DNA of 64,000 bases from the NCBI GenBank assembly GCA_905235395.1, contig CAJOLN010000001.1, forward strand, positions 567 to 64,566, given 5' to 3'. The notes under the pieces are model-generated. The model saw only the letters and a list, made by a program, of their open reading frames with translations, did no database searches and was not told the origin of the DNA. Shown here piece after piece: positions 26,790-37,517 of this stretch; the first letter of the stretch is position 1, and every line of letters begins with the position of its first letter. This stretch comes from an uncultured Synergistales bacterium. Its GTDB lineage: Bacteria; Synergistota; Synergistia; Synergistales; Aminobacteriaceae. The position numbers and the translations under genes are program-made.

Positions 26790-27368
26790 TTATTTAGACC
26801 ACAAACCCCTTTTTGCACTCTTCGCTTCACTCTCAAATTTCCTGAAGAGAGCTTCATATTTTTTATTGGGCTTGATTATCATGACCTTCGCATAACCTTC
26901 AAGCAGCAACTTCGCATTGAACATCTCATTGCGCATTGCTGATTCTGTTACGCTTCTTGGCTTTGATGTCCATATGTACGCAAGGTGTCTGTTGTATCTG
27001 TCAGTCGGTGATGAATCATATTCAAGCCATACTGTTTTGCCCGTCAGAGATTCCTTTGTGAAATTGCTCGCTTCCTTTCCGTAATACTGCACGGGTTTAT
27101 TCGGGTGTACTGTCTCAGGAGTATCAACACCTAGAAAACGTACTCTCCTGTTCTGGCCTCCGACTCTCACATCCGCAGTATCACCGTCAACAACCCTCGT
27201 AACAACTCCCGATATGAAATCACCGTCTGAATCTGATGATGTTTCAGTCAGCACATTTCCTCCGAAAAAGTACACGCAGACTGCCGCAATAAAAAGCATG
27301 ATTAATTTCTTTGGGCCAAGTCTCATTAAGTCTTCTATCGTTACGTTTTGCTTATTCCTTCTGGCCAT
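26790..27368 (-). CDS. Thermonuclease (staphylococcal nuclease) family protein, membrane-anchored
   Basis: VVDGDTADVRV...RVRFLGVDTPETVHPNKPVQYYGKEAS...DRYNRHLAYIW. A start at 27368 follows GAGGAG; a TTG at 27389 is also possible. Confidence 0.85.
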   Translation of the reverse strand: MARRNKQNVTIEDLMRLGPKKLIMLFIAAVCVYFFGGNVLTETSSDSDGDFISGVVTRVVDGDTADVRVGGQNRRVRFLGVDTPETVHPNKPVQYYGKEASNFTKESLTGKTVWLEYDSSPTDRYNRHLAYIWTSKPRSVTESAMRNEMFNAKLLLEGYAKVMIIKPNKKYEALFRKFESEAKSAKRGLWSK

Positions 27369-27385
27369 TATTGAATCACTTCTCC

Positions 27386-29131
27386 TCAATGGAATTTCTG
27401 TACCTGTATTCTCACCGTACCCGCATGTGTATTCCCGTTCTCATCAGTCATCTTCATGTACAGGTCAGTGAAACACGGAACAGCATTATCAATCCATGAA
27501 CCTGAATCAAATTCAAGCTCCGTATACTTTCCATTCTCTTTTATGACTTTGCACTTCGACCATTCAGATTGATTCTCATATGAAGGCCCGCATATACATT
27601 CCGTTATCCTGAAGTCCTGAGTGTGAAATCTTACTTTGAACGTATCACCCTGTATGACATCATTCAATGCCTCTGCTGTTATTACTCCGAGCTTATCCTT
27701 AATCTCATTCATCAGTGCTTCTGATTCTTCTGTGCTCAATATAACTGCCGCTTCCATCATCGCACGTGCAATATCAGGATCATTCCGCAGACGCAATTCA
27801 ATTTGAGAATCAAGAGTTTTCAATTTCAATTCTTCATGCGATTCAATTTCTGCAATCTTTGAACGAACATACTCTCCCTTCTCGCGGTAAAGAATATCGC
27901 AGAATGCCTGAAGTTCCATTGCTCTGAACCATGCGTTATTTTTGTAGTCCATATCTGACGGCATGGTGTGAAAATGATTCTCTAGTGATGAATCTGCATT
28001 CATTTCCTCGTAACCTTCAGGAAGCTCTGTGATCCCGCAGTACCATATGATATATGGCGAGAAGCATGGCCGTCCTAATGCGCGTCTTAGAATTATTCTG
28101 TCAGGATTATGCCGAATCTCTGCTATCGTGCTCTCAAGCGTATCACAGTTGCATACCGTTAATGGCTTTGCAAAATGCGGATTGCTGTTCTCTGAATATG
28201 ATGACGTATCTTCAAAGTGAGTCCGCAGAATCTTCTTGAGCGTCTTAATGCTTACCTTATGTGCTGGCTTTATTGAGAACGGAATAGATTCGCATTTCTG
28301 ATTCAGAAGACCGGATAAATCTTTCTCAAGCAGTATCTCTAATGCTCTGACATGTCTGTGTGTATTCTTCTCAATTCCGTATGAATCTTCTGACTGATAC
28401 ACCTTCGCAAAATCAAAAGTTCCGTCATCAGGTTTATACCAGCCTCGTCTGACTGCATAGTTCAGAAGTTCATCATAACCTCGTGAATTAATGTCGGGTT
28501 CATGAATCGTATAGTGATTCGGAATCACGCATACTTCATCATCAGGCACTCTCTTAATTGCATAGTGCTTACCGTGAACTATCTGCATAACGTAAATTTC
28601 TTCTTTGTCCGCGAACGCATAACTTCTTCCGCTTGATGCATATCCGTACTTCTCTACAAGCTCACATGCTATGCTCAATGCCTCCTTTGCACTGTGTGAG
28701 CTTTCGGCTGTCAGTCTTCTTAATCCGTAACCTATACCTCCGTTCAGAAGTTCTGGTTTATCTTCTCTGGAATGTGTGCAGTTGTTTGAACATATAACTA
28801 CACCGTATTCATTGACGTAGAAATCACAAAATGCGGAATCAGAATCATCATTGCTGTATGTCTTTGCTTCAGACCAAAAGAGATTTGTGCATGAAGCTGA
28901 AAGTTCAAGTTCAGCTAAATCAGATTCAAATTTTATTTTTGTGCCTGGATGTCTTCTTCGCTTCTTCACAAGATGAGTCTGCATTGTGAATCTTCCTGGT
29001 GCATCTTCATTGTGCCCTATGAGAATTTCTTCTGTTAGTGATGCTTTCTTACCGACAAGAATGGTCATACATGCTGAAGAAGTTTTTGTGAATGTGAGAA
29101 TGAATAGTATCAGGAAAAAAATGAATACCAT
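27386..29131 (-). CDS. C69 family dipeptidase with a C-terminal extension
   Basis: A signal sequence is followed by the nucleophile Cys in SSACMTILVGKKAS...GHNEDA, typical of peptidase C69. Confidence 0.8.
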   Translation of the reverse strand: MVFIFFLILFILTFTKTSSACMTILVGKKASLTEEILIGHNEDAPGRFTMQTHLVKKRRRHPGTKIKFESDLAELELSASCTNLFWSEAKTYSNDDSDSAFCDFYVNEYGVVICSNNCTHSREDKPELLNGGIGYGLRRLTAESSHSAKEALSIACELVEKYGYASSGRSYAFADKEEIYVMQIVHGKHYAIKRVPDDEVCVIPNHYTIHEPDINSRGYDELLNYAVRRGWYKPDDGTFDFAKVYQSEDSYGIEKNTHRHVRALEILLEKDLSGLLNQKCESIPFSIKPAHKVSIKTLKKILRTHFEDTSSYSENSNPHFAKPLTVCNCDTLESTIAEIRHNPDRIILRRALGRPCFSPYIIWYCGITELPEGYEEMNADSSLENHFHTMPSDMDYKNNAWFRAMELQAFCDILYREKGEYVRSKIAEIESHEELKLKTLDSQIELRLRNDPDIARAMMEAAVILSTEESEALMNEIKDKLGVITAEALNDVIQGDTFKVRFHTQDFRITECICGPSYENQSEWSKCKVIKENGKYTELEFDSGSWIDNAVPCFTDLYMKMTDENGNTHAGTVRIQVQKFH

Positions 29132-29239
29132 AAAAATTTATTCCCCCGTTAAAAATTATTTGATGATGTGATGCATGTAACTATATCATGTTTTATAGCT
29201 TATAATTGCATAGAAACTTGACAGTAAAAATGTCAGACA

Positions 29240-31174
29240 TTGAGGAGCGTGATTATTTTGCGGGATGATCTCGACAATGTGAACAAATTCTTTATGCCTG
29301 CACGTCTCCTACGTAAGCGTATGCCCAAAGCACAGCTTAAACGTGTCCGTAGAGTAAGACTCATGAGAAGATTTATCACATTCTCGTTGATAGTGATTGC
29401 CGCAGTATTTGTTACTGTATCTTTTGCAGATATAGGAAGTAATATGATGCTCGCACTTGCAAACAATTATGTCTGCGAAAATATGAATCTGAATCTCAAA
29501 GTAGAAAGCGTAACAGGAAACCCGCTGAAGGGTTACATAATGAACGGTGTATACATAGAAGACGAAAACGGAAAGAAGATTCTCACAGCCAAATCTTTAT
29601 CATGGTACGTCAGTTTCTCTTCGCTGATGAAAGGCAGTCTGAGGTTCAGAAAAATTATTGCTGAGGCAGTATCAGTTGACGCAGAAGGCATAGTTGATGC
29701 GATTGATAATTTTGAAGGTCATTATGAAGCTCACGATGTCATAAACTTTTTTTCTTCTCCTGCTTTTGCTTCTGAATACGAAACAAATAATGCATATGAG
29801 ATACCAGCAGACAGAATCACAATAACGGGAGGAAAAATAAACTCGCGATATACAGTGATGAATATAAAAACGATTGATGCGGATATGAATACTTCAGAGG
29901 CTGATATAGACGGTGACATCAATGGAGTAATGCTGAAGGGAAAAGTGAAATTTACCGGAGAAGACAAAATGAAGGGAATAAATATTTCAGATATGACTTT
30001 AGGTTCAGGAAAGGTAACAGCAATAGGAGGATTATTTGATAATGACATATTTGATGTTCATGCTGTAATTGACGACCTGGAACTTAAAGACCTGACAGCG
30101 ATATTCCCGCAGGCATTAAGCTCAAAAGATTTTGACGGCATATTAGATCTCAATATTGATATTACGGGAGTGAAAGAGAATCCCAAAGTCTTTGGTTCAA
30201 TTGACTACAAAGGCTCAAAGTTTTACGGTTTTCCAATTGAGAGAATGAGTGCAAATTACAATTATGACCCCGAAGAAAAAAATTTCGCTTTGAATAATAT
30301 TCAGACATCATTTTTCGACATTCCGATTCAGGGAGAGATTTCAGCAATGAATCTTTTCAGCAAAGATGTACAGCTCAGAGTGAAACTTGACGGAAGCGAG
30401 ACGAATCTTGAAAGGCTTGATGAGATTCTGAACATTCCAGAACTGAAGAGTATAGGGGGCAAGATAGAAGCATTCAACATAAACATAAGCGGGAGCATAG
30501 AATCACTAAGCGGTCTGATAAACATAAATGCTCCTAAAATATCGTATGGTTCGAGGACATTTTCAAACATAAGACTGCAAATGAAACTGGCGCAGAGCAG
30601 TACGGCAAACGTGGAGGGGAAATTTACATTTGAAGAAGCGAACGGATTTATTCAGGGGAATGTAGAATCGCTTCTCAGAGATTCAAATATGGATATCACA
30701 ATCAAGATTGCGGACATAGATATAAAACGCGTTGAGAGTGTTATACCAGATTACCCGAACTATAAACTAGAAGGAAAGATAACAGCTTTGATGACTGTGA
30801 AGGGCAGTGCATTAAAGCCAGTCATAAGGGGATCACTGAGAAGTGAAGAATTCGATGTGAGGTCTTATAGAGTGATGAAGCCTGTGATAAATTTTTCGAT
30901 TTCTGACAGAACATTAAAGATTGATGAGACAGAGGGAACAATAAACAGCAAACCGTTTGCAATAATTGGGACATTGAGACCGATACCTTCATCTAATCCT
31001 GAGCTTGATATAAAGGCTGTACTAAATGAAACACTCAATGCAGGAATCAGAATCACGGGCACGCTCAATAATCCGTCAATAAAAATTGAGGGTACATCAC
31101 GAGATGCAGAACCAGTAAGCACAGAAACGAATCAAAAGGAGGAAATATCAAAAGATGAGGACGCTTCTAAATGA
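29240..31174 (+). CDS. N-terminally anchored AsmA/TamB-like envelope protein (start uncertain)
   Basis: 644 aa with a basic N-terminus, a TM helix and a beta-rich repetitive body. Its N-terminal module resembles that of the 1284-aa protein at 8311-12165. Confidence 0.4.
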   Translation: MRSVIILRDDLDNVNKFFMPARLLRKRMPKAQLKRVRRVRLMRRFITFSLIVIAAVFVTVSFADIGSNMMLALANNYVCENMNLNLKVESVTGNPLKGYIMNGVYIEDENGKKILTAKSLSWYVSFSSLMKGSLRFRKIIAEAVSVDAEGIVDAIDNFEGHYEAHDVINFFSSPAFASEYETNNAYEIPADRITITGGKINSRYTVMNIKTIDADMNTSEADIDGDINGVMLKGKVKFTGEDKMKGINISDMTLGSGKVTAIGGLFDNDIFDVHAVIDDLELKDLTAIFPQALSSKDFDGILDLNIDITGVKENPKVFGSIDYKGSKFYGFPIERMSANYNYDPEEKNFALNNIQTSFFDIPIQGEISAMNLFSKDVQLRVKLDGSETNLERLDEILNIPELKSIGGKIEAFNINISGSIESLSGLININAPKISYGSRTFSNIRLQMKLAQSSTANVEGKFTFEEANGFIQGNVESLLRDSNMDITIKIADIDIKRVESVIPDYPNYKLEGKITALMTVKGSALKPVIRGSLRSEEFDVRSYRVMKPVINFSISDRTLKIDETEGTINSKPFAIIGTLRPIPSSNPELDIKAVLNETLNAGIRITGTLNNPSIKIEGTSRDAEPVSTETNQKEEISKDEDASK

Positions 31175-31772
31175 TCCTGTGAGGTTATTGCTGACGATAC
31201 CGGCATTGTTATGGGCATTATCGTTTCATGAATTCTGTCACGGATTTGCGGCCAAAATGGTTGGAGACCCAACAGCAGAACGTTACGGAAGGTTGTCATT
31301 GAATCCGTTTGCGCATTTTGATTTAATCGGGACATTGATGTTATTGTTCGTGGGATTCGGGTGGGCAAAGCCAGTACCGATTAACATGAGGTACTTTAAA
31401 CATCCGACACGAGATTTGATTATCGTATCGCTTGCTGGTGTTGCAGGGAATATCTTAACGGCAGTATTAACTGTTCTGTTCATTCGTTACTGCGGAGAAT
31501 GGTGGTATAGTTTAACTGGGCGTGCGGGTCTAATGGTATTGCTTCAGATGATAAATATCAATATGGGATTAGCGGCATTCAATTTGATTCCGATTCCTCC
31601 GCTTGACGGTTCGAGAGTTCTAGAGGCATTTCTTCCGTATAAGTACATGTATATATACTATTGGCTTGAGAGATACGGAATGATAATTCTGCTTGTGTTA
31701 TTGATGACAGGAATCATAAATGTATTCTTTGACCCAATCATAAATTTTCTCTGGCATTTTCTCCCGTACTAA
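31155..31772 (+). CDS. Site-2 protease family (M50) membrane metalloprotease
   Basis: HEFCHGFAAK (HExxH) within a TM helix, plus a downstream NLIPIPPLDGS motif. Overlaps the upstream gene by 20 nt. Confidence 0.8.
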   Translation: MRTLLNDPVRLLLTIPALLWALSFHEFCHGFAAKMVGDPTAERYGRLSLNPFAHFDLIGTLMLLFVGFGWAKPVPINMRYFKHPTRDLIIVSLAGVAGNILTAVLTVLFIRYCGEWWYSLTGRAGLMVLLQMININMGLAAFNLIPIPPLDGSRVLEAFLPYKYMYIYYWLERYGMIILLVLLMTGIINVFFDPIINFLWHFLPY

Positions 31773-31820
31773 ATATAATTCTTAGTTGCAAAATTTTTTT
31801 GAAAGAAGGAATCCCATAAT

Positions 31821-33053
31821 ATGACGGAGAAAAAAGGAAAGGCAGTGCTTGCGTACAGCGGAGGACTTGATACTTCGGTTGCAGTAATGTGGCTCACAGA
31901 ACAGGGCTATGATGTGATAACGATGACAGCGGACGTAGGACAGAAAGACGTAGACCTTCAGGCGGCAAAGGCAAAGGCACTTCACAGCGGAGCAGTGAAA
32001 GCGTATATCTTTGACCTGAAGAAGACATTCGTTGAAAATTATGTTTACCCGTCACTGAAGGCTAATGCGATGTATCAGGGAACATATCCGTTAGTCTCTG
32101 CTCTGTCTCGTCCATTGATTGCGAAGACACTCGTAGACATTGCGAACAAAGAAGGTGCGGTTGCGGTTGCACATGGCTGCACAGGAAAAGGCCAAGACCA
32201 AGTACGAATCGAAGTGTGTGCTACAGCATTGAATCCAAAAATCAAAGTTCTTGCTCCGGTTCGCGATTGGCATTTCACGAGAGAAGCAGAGATTGAGTAT
32301 GCAGACAAGCACGGAATACCAGTGAGAGCTACAGCAGGATCACCATACAGCACGGACGATAATTTATGGGGACGATCAATTGAATGCGGAATGCTCGAAG
32401 ATCCATGGAATGAACCTCCGGAAGATGCATACGAGATGACAGCTAACCCAATTGAAGGCCCAAATGCACCTGAATTCATAGAGATAACATTTGAGGGAGG
32501 CATACCTTCTGCGCTTAACGGTGAAAGAATGCACGGAGTTGAATTGATTCAGAAGCTCAATAAGATATCAGGCCGTCATGGAATCGGACGCATTGATATG
32601 GTTGAAGACAGGCTTGTAGGATTCAAATCACGAGAGGTTTATGAATGTCCCGGTTCAACAACACTTCTTGCAGCTCATCGTGCAATGGAGACATTGACTC
32701 TCGATAAGCAGGTTTTGAGAACGAAACGCGAACTTGAAACACGTTTTGCAGAACTCACATACGAAGGTTATTGGTTCTCTCCGTTACGTGATGCGATAAA
32801 TGCGTTCATCAATGACACACAGAGATATGTGAACGGCACAGTGAAGATGCGTTTGTTCAAAGGGCAGGCAGTAGTTCGCGGACTGAAGGCATCGAAGAGT
32901 ATATATCGTCATGACCTCGCAACATATTCAGAGGGTGATGCATTTGATCATTCAGCGGCAGTAGGGTTCATTAACATCTGGGGAATGCCAGTAAGAACAT
33001 GGACATCGACATGGCCAAGACAGGACGAGGCAGAAATTCCGATTGAAGCATAA
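31821..33053 (+). CDS. argG: Argininosuccinate synthase
   Basis: AYSGGLDTS ATP-binding motif and full-length ArgG colinearity (410 aa). Confidence 0.92.
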   Translation: MTEKKGKAVLAYSGGLDTSVAVMWLTEQGYDVITMTADVGQKDVDLQAAKAKALHSGAVKAYIFDLKKTFVENYVYPSLKANAMYQGTYPLVSALSRPLIAKTLVDIANKEGAVAVAHGCTGKGQDQVRIEVCATALNPKIKVLAPVRDWHFTREAEIEYADKHGIPVRATAGSPYSTDDNLWGRSIECGMLEDPWNEPPEDAYEMTANPIEGPNAPEFIEITFEGGIPSALNGERMHGVELIQKLNKISGRHGIGRIDMVEDRLVGFKSREVYECPGSTTLLAAHRAMETLTLDKQVLRTKRELETRFAELTYEGYWFSPLRDAINAFINDTQRYVNGTVKMRLFKGQAVVRGLKASKSIYRHDLATYSEGDAFDHSAAVGFINIWGMPVRTWTSTWPRQDEAEIPIEA

Positions 33054-33072
33054 AGATTAAGATATAAAAAAT

Positions 33073-33110
33073 CCCCTGCTCAATTTCAAACAGGGGAATT
33101 ATTTTTCTTT
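33073..33110. terminator. Bidirectional intrinsic terminator between argG and the adaptor gene
   Basis: Stem CCCCTG (33073-78) / CAGGGG (33091-96), with an A-run before and a T-rich run after. Confidence 0.65.
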
Positions 33111-33117
33111 ATCGCGG

Positions 33118-34404
33118 TTATGGTCTTCCTCCTCTTCCTCCTCCGGTCATTCGTCTCGTTTGTCTCATCATGCCTCCCGTAGTTGTTACTCCTGTCTTCA
33201 CTCCTGCCTGAGCATTTATCACAAGTTCTGTTCCTTCACGCAATATAGGACGTGCATCTCCAGATTTCTCTCTCACAAGCTCAACATGTTTGTTGTCAGA
33301 TACTCCTGTTTCAACCTGCACAGGTATCATCATAATACCGTCCTCTTCAGGCCATAATGTACCGCTTTTAAGGGTCTTCCTCTGAGTCAGAATCTCGCGG
33401 TCGAATGAAATCGTATCAAGCAGTTCTTCAGGAGGCGTGAATCTCAATGCTGCAACAGGTATGCACAAAACATTCTTGACCTTCGCTGTTACAATCGAAA
33501 CGTTAGCTGTCATTCCGGGCTTCAATTTTAATTCTGAATTATCAACATGAATTATCACTGTGTACGTTACAACATTATCGCTCTTCGACGGTGCAATTCG
33601 TACCTGCACAACTTTTCCGCTGAAGTTTTCCTCAGGAAATGCGTCAACTCTGAACGTCACATCCTGGCCTTCTTTCACTGTTCCTATGTCAGCCTCATCA
33701 ACTTTCGTCTCAATCTGCATTCTCGTTAAGTCTCTTGCAACCTTGAAGAGTGTCGGTGTCTGATAGCTCGCCGCAACTGTCTGACCTACATCAACTTGTC
33801 TGTCTATTATTATGCCGTCCACTGGTGATGTGATTCTCGTATGCCCCAAATCAGTTTTTGCTTTCTCTACTGCTGCTCTCCCGTTCAGTACTCGTGAACG
33901 TGCTTCATTCAGGGTTGCCTTCTTCACTGCAACGTTCGTCTCACTCGTATCTACTGTGCTTCTCGCAACCAATTTCCTGTTAAATAATTCTCTGTTTCTT
34001 GCAAGCTGACGTTCTTCATCTCTCAATGAGGCCTGTGCACTCCGCATTGATGCTTCATATCCCGCTAACGTTGCCTCCTGCTGTTTGAGTGTCTGCTCTG
34101 CATTCGACGGATCAATCTGTGCGAGTAGCTGCCCCTTCGTTACTTCCGAATTGAAATCAACAAACAGTTCTCGAATCGTTCCGGATACTTCCGTTCCTAC
34201 TGTTACAACATTCAATGCGTTCAATTCTCCTGTTGCTGTTACTGTCGATGTTATATCTCCCCTCGTTATCGGTGATGTGGTGAGACCGTAAACTGTAGGC
34301 TCCTTATGAAGAAAGAAATAATATACTGCGTAACCTATGCCTGCAATTACTGCAAGTAAGAATAATTTTTTGAGTCCTGCTCTCATTCTGTGTTTCACTC
34401 CCAA
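33118..34404 (-). CDS. Efflux periplasmic adaptor subunit (HlyD/MacA-like membrane fusion protein)
   Basis: N-terminal TM helix, lipoyl-like motifs (VGTEVSGTI, ITSPVDGII), a coiled-coil hairpin and a beta-barrel domain. Confidence 0.8.
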   Translation of the reverse strand: MGVKHRMRAGLKKLFLLAVIAGIGYAVYYFFLHKEPTVYGLTTSPITRGDITSTVTATGELNALNVVTVGTEVSGTIRELFVDFNSEVTKGQLLAQIDPSNAEQTLKQQEATLAGYEASMRSAQASLRDEERQLARNRELFNRKLVARSTVDTSETNVAVKKATLNEARSRVLNGRAAVEKAKTDLGHTRITSPVDGIIIDRQVDVGQTVAASYQTPTLFKVARDLTRMQIETKVDEADIGTVKEGQDVTFRVDAFPEENFSGKVVQVRIAPSKSDNVVTYTVIIHVDNSELKLKPGMTANVSIVTAKVKNVLCIPVAALRFTPPEELLDTISFDREILTQRKTLKSGTLWPEEDGIMMIPVQVETGVSDNKHVELVREKSGDARPILREGTELVINAQAGVKTGVTTTGGMMRQTRRMTGGGRGGRP

Positions 34405-35253
34405 TTATATTATTTTCATAATGCTCAGTCTTTCTGGCGGCACTATTATATTTTCTGCGTTCAGTTTACCCAATGGGATTTTTTTATTCCCACCGTGATA
34501 GTCACTTCCTCCTGAGACATATAGCCCGTTGTGATTCGCAATTGATTCAAGATGTTCACATGTCGCATAGTCATACTTAGAGTAAAAGCATTCGAGGCCA
34601 TGAAGACCATATGATATTAATTCGCTTAGTGTACTTTCAAATCTATCTTCTGAAAGTTCACTCTCTCCTTCGCCTCCAAGTGGATGCGCCCACACCGCAA
34701 TACCTCCCGAAGAACGTATTGCACGAATCACAAAATCAGCATTCAATCTGTCATTTCCAATCCTGCATTTGTTCACATAACGGTTAATCGCGTCCTGTTT
34801 ATCATGAGCCAATCCCTTTGAGACTATCATGTTCGCTATGTGAGGCTTACCTACACTCTGAATCTTCATCAGCGATTCAATTTCTTCATTCGTGAATGTA
34901 ATTTCAAATTCATCACGCAAAATCTCAATTCGCTTCCAGAATTTTTTGTGACGCATTTCTTCTCCTGTCCTCAATGCATTAATGAATTCCGCATTACATG
35001 AATCATAATTCAGGCCAAGTATGTGGCACTTAGTATTAGTTTCTGGTGTCCTGCATGAAAATTCTATGCCTCGAATAAATTTCACATCATCGTGAATCAT
35101 TTTGCTCATCTCAAGCGCACCCGTTATCGTATCATGATCTGTTACTGCGAATGTCCTTATGCCTGCGTCACGAATCTTCATCAATAATTCTTCAGGCGTA
35201 TCTGTTCCGTCTGAAGCTGTCGTGTGAATATGCAAGTCTGTTATGCTGTTCAC
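34405..35253 (-). CDS. PHP-domain phosphoesterase (TrpH/YciV-like)
   Basis: DLHIHTTASDGTDTPEELL and VTDHDT motifs, with C-terminal GGSDYHG. Confidence 0.75.
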   Translation of the reverse strand: MNSITDLHIHTTASDGTDTPEELLMKIRDAGIRTFAVTDHDTITGALEMSKMIHDDVKFIRGIEFSCRTPETNTKCHILGLNYDSCNAEFINALRTGEEMRHKKFWKRIEILRDEFEITFTNEEIESLMKIQSVGKPHIANMIVSKGLAHDKQDAINRYVNKCRIGNDRLNADFVIRAIRSSGGIAVWAHPLGGEGESELSEDRFESTLSELISYGLHGLECFYSKYDYATCEHLESIANHNGLYVSGGSDYHGGNKKIPLGKLNAENIIVPPERLSIMKII

Positions 35254-36545
35254 TAATTCACCTCCGGCGGAAAATGTCCAAGTGCTTCATCTAAATCTGC
35301 TCGTGCCTTCTGTGCATCATGAAGTGCCTGATAGTATGTGTATCTCGCAGTCGCAAGTTTCGACACTGCATCACTGACCGCAAGAGAATTTCCTACACCT
35401 ACCTCATAGCGTCCGCGTTCAAGTTCAAGGCTTTCCTCTGCATATTTCACACTGTCCTCTGATGATCTCACCAGGTCAATCGCATTCGTGAGTTCTAAGA
35501 CTGCCTTGCGGATATCATATGTCAATGACTGCCTCAGAGTTTCAATTGATGCTTCGTTTTTTTCCAGCGCTGCACGTTTTGATTCTATTGATGCCTTCAT
35601 TGCTCCGCCGTCCTCAAGCGGAACTGTCATGCTCACTGCAAAATTGTATGTCTCTGTTGCTTTGTTCTTCTCTGAGTTTGATAATGATGTTCCTGCACTG
35701 CCCGTTATCGTTGGTGAATTCGTCCGTGCCGCATCAATTATCGCTAGCTCTGCGCCCCTGTGATCGTGCTGAAGTTTTATGTAGTCTGGCCTGTCCTGAA
35801 GTGCCCGCGCAATTAAAACGTTCACATCATCTGCCGGTTCAGGAAGCAAAAGTTTAGTTGATAATGCAATATTGAACGGGCCGTTTATGTCCGTACCCAT
35901 TGCAACACGAAGAGCCTCCTGCGATACGAGAATATCATTTTCAGCCTTAATCAGTGAGACCCTTGCACTTGATACATCTGCCTGTGCCTTTGTTATATCA
36001 ATATACGGACTCGTCCCAACTTCATACATTCCCTGTGCATTCTTTAATTGTTCTTCTGAATGCCTCAGCTTTTCTTGTGCAACATCACGATTCAGAAACT
36101 TCAGAACCAAATCATAATATGCTCTCTTCGCATTGGCCGCAACTTTTATCTCTGCCTGACGTTCGGATTCAAGTGAGCCTTTGATATTCTCTTCAGCAAT
36201 TTCCCTTTTGAGCCTGTTACGTCCTGTATCATATAGCGTCTTCGTTGCTTCAAGTCTCAATGAAGTACTGTTATCACTTTCATCAAAACGTTCATACGCA
36301 CCTGAATGTGTTAGTGAACCTGTGAGATTCACTTTTACCCTGTTGGCTGCCCTTACCGTTTCAATCTGTGCCTCAAAATCCCTCGTTGAACTCTTTGCAG
36401 TCTTCAATGAAGGGTGATTCCTCAATGCAAGTGCTATGCATTCCTCAATAGTAAGACCGTCAATGTTAACTTCAGAAGAGTACGCGAGGCTGATAAATGA
36501 TAGTAAGAACATGACCGTGAACAACAAGAAATAAATTCTTCGCAT
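35253..36545 (-). CDS. TolC family outer-membrane channel
   Basis: The start was chosen at the Met preceding the signal peptide MRRIYFLLFTVMFLLSFISLAYS. Shows a two-repeat OEP architecture with coiled segments. Confidence 0.75.
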   Translation of the reverse strand: MRRIYFLLFTVMFLLSFISLAYSSEVNIDGLTIEECIALALRNHPSLKTAKSSTRDFEAQIETVRAANRVKVNLTGSLTHSGAYERFDESDNSTSLRLEATKTLYDTGRNRLKREIAEENIKGSLESERQAEIKVAANAKRAYYDLVLKFLNRDVAQEKLRHSEEQLKNAQGMYEVGTSPYIDITKAQADVSSARVSLIKAENDILVSQEALRVAMGTDINGPFNIALSTKLLLPEPADDVNVLIARALQDRPDYIKLQHDHRGAELAIIDAARTNSPTITGSAGTSLSNSEKNKATETYNFAVSMTVPLEDGGAMKASIESKRAALEKNEASIETLRQSLTYDIRKAVLELTNAIDLVRSSEDSVKYAEESLELERGRYEVGVGNSLAVSDAVSKLATARYTYYQALHDAQKARADLDEALGHFPPEVN

Positions 36546-36571
36546 GATAATAAAACTCCCGGAAATAAAAT

Positions 36572-36612
36572 TACAAAAAAACCTCATGAAGCATATTTTA
36601 AATCACGAGGTT
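36572..36612 (-). terminator. Intrinsic terminator downstream of the PP2C gene
   Basis: Stem AACCTCATGA / TCACGAGGTT (one mismatch), followed on the minus strand by a U-run. Confidence 0.4.
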
Positions 36613-36658
36613 ATTATATGATTTGCGTCTGTGAAAGTTGTGAAGTATATTGCTGAAT

Positions 36659-37456
36659 TTATGGCATAATTTCATCGTTATGAAAATCAATAACTATGCA
36701 TGTTACGTTGTCATGTCCTCCATTATTCAGCGCAAGGTTCACAAGTTCATTCACAATTTCTGAAACATCTTCATCTCTCTTCATGATTTCAGCAATTTCT
36801 TTATGTGTGAGCATGTCCGTCAATCCGTCTGAACATATCATTGCACGATTACATTCAATAAAAGGAAATACTCCGCATAGATCCGGTGACACTGAAAATG
36901 AATCACTCATGCCCAAGCAACGCGTAAGAACATTTCTGTATCTGTCAGTCATGGCCTGCTTAGGTGTAATCTTTCCTGCTCTCAGTTTCTCAGCCGTCAC
37001 AGTATGATCATCTGTAACTTGTATCACCGTGTCTCCCTTGCGCACATACACGCGTGAATCTCCGAGATTGAATACTGCAAATGATTTTGTTCCCGAAGAT
37101 ATTAATGCAAGTGTCGTACCCGTCTGAATGTTCTGCTGTTTCATGATTGAGAGCAGCTTTGCGTTTGCGTCATGAGCAAATTGATTCATGTCTTCAAATG
37201 TTCCGTGATTGATTCGTTCTGCATGTCCGCATAATGATTCTGCCGCTGTGAGTGATGCAAGTTCTCCGCTGTCCATTCCTCCCATGCCGTCGAAGACAGC
37301 AAAGACACACGGAGCTTCACATATTCCATTTATGAAAAATGGTTTATCTCTCTCGTTCTCTTTCATGATTACGCCGTTGCAGAAGAGATTATCTTCATTG
37401 TTCTTTCTGAAATAACCGACTTCTGAACGTGCCGCAAATTTAATTTTTGATGTCAT
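36659..37456 (-). CDS. PP2C-family Ser/Thr protein phosphatase
   Basis: RSEVGYFRKNNEDN, FAVFDGMGG, and C-terminal CSDGL and GGHDNVT motifs. The start was chosen at 37456. Confidence 0.85.
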   Translation of the reverse strand: MTSKIKFAARSEVGYFRKNNEDNLFCNGVIMKENERDKPFFINGICEAPCVFAVFDGMGGMDSGELASLTAAESLCGHAERINHGTFEDMNQFAHDANAKLLSIMKQQNIQTGTTLALISSGTKSFAVFNLGDSRVYVRKGDTVIQVTDDHTVTAEKLRAGKITPKQAMTDRYRNVLTRCLGMSDSFSVSPDLCGVFPFIECNRAMICSDGLTDMLTHKEIAEIMKRDEDVSEIVNELVNLALNNGGHDNVTCIVIDFHNDEIMP

Positions 37457-37517
37457 TGATTCATTTCTGCCTTCATGAAAAAATTTTGTGTAATTATAAT
37501 CGCAGGAGCGTATACAC

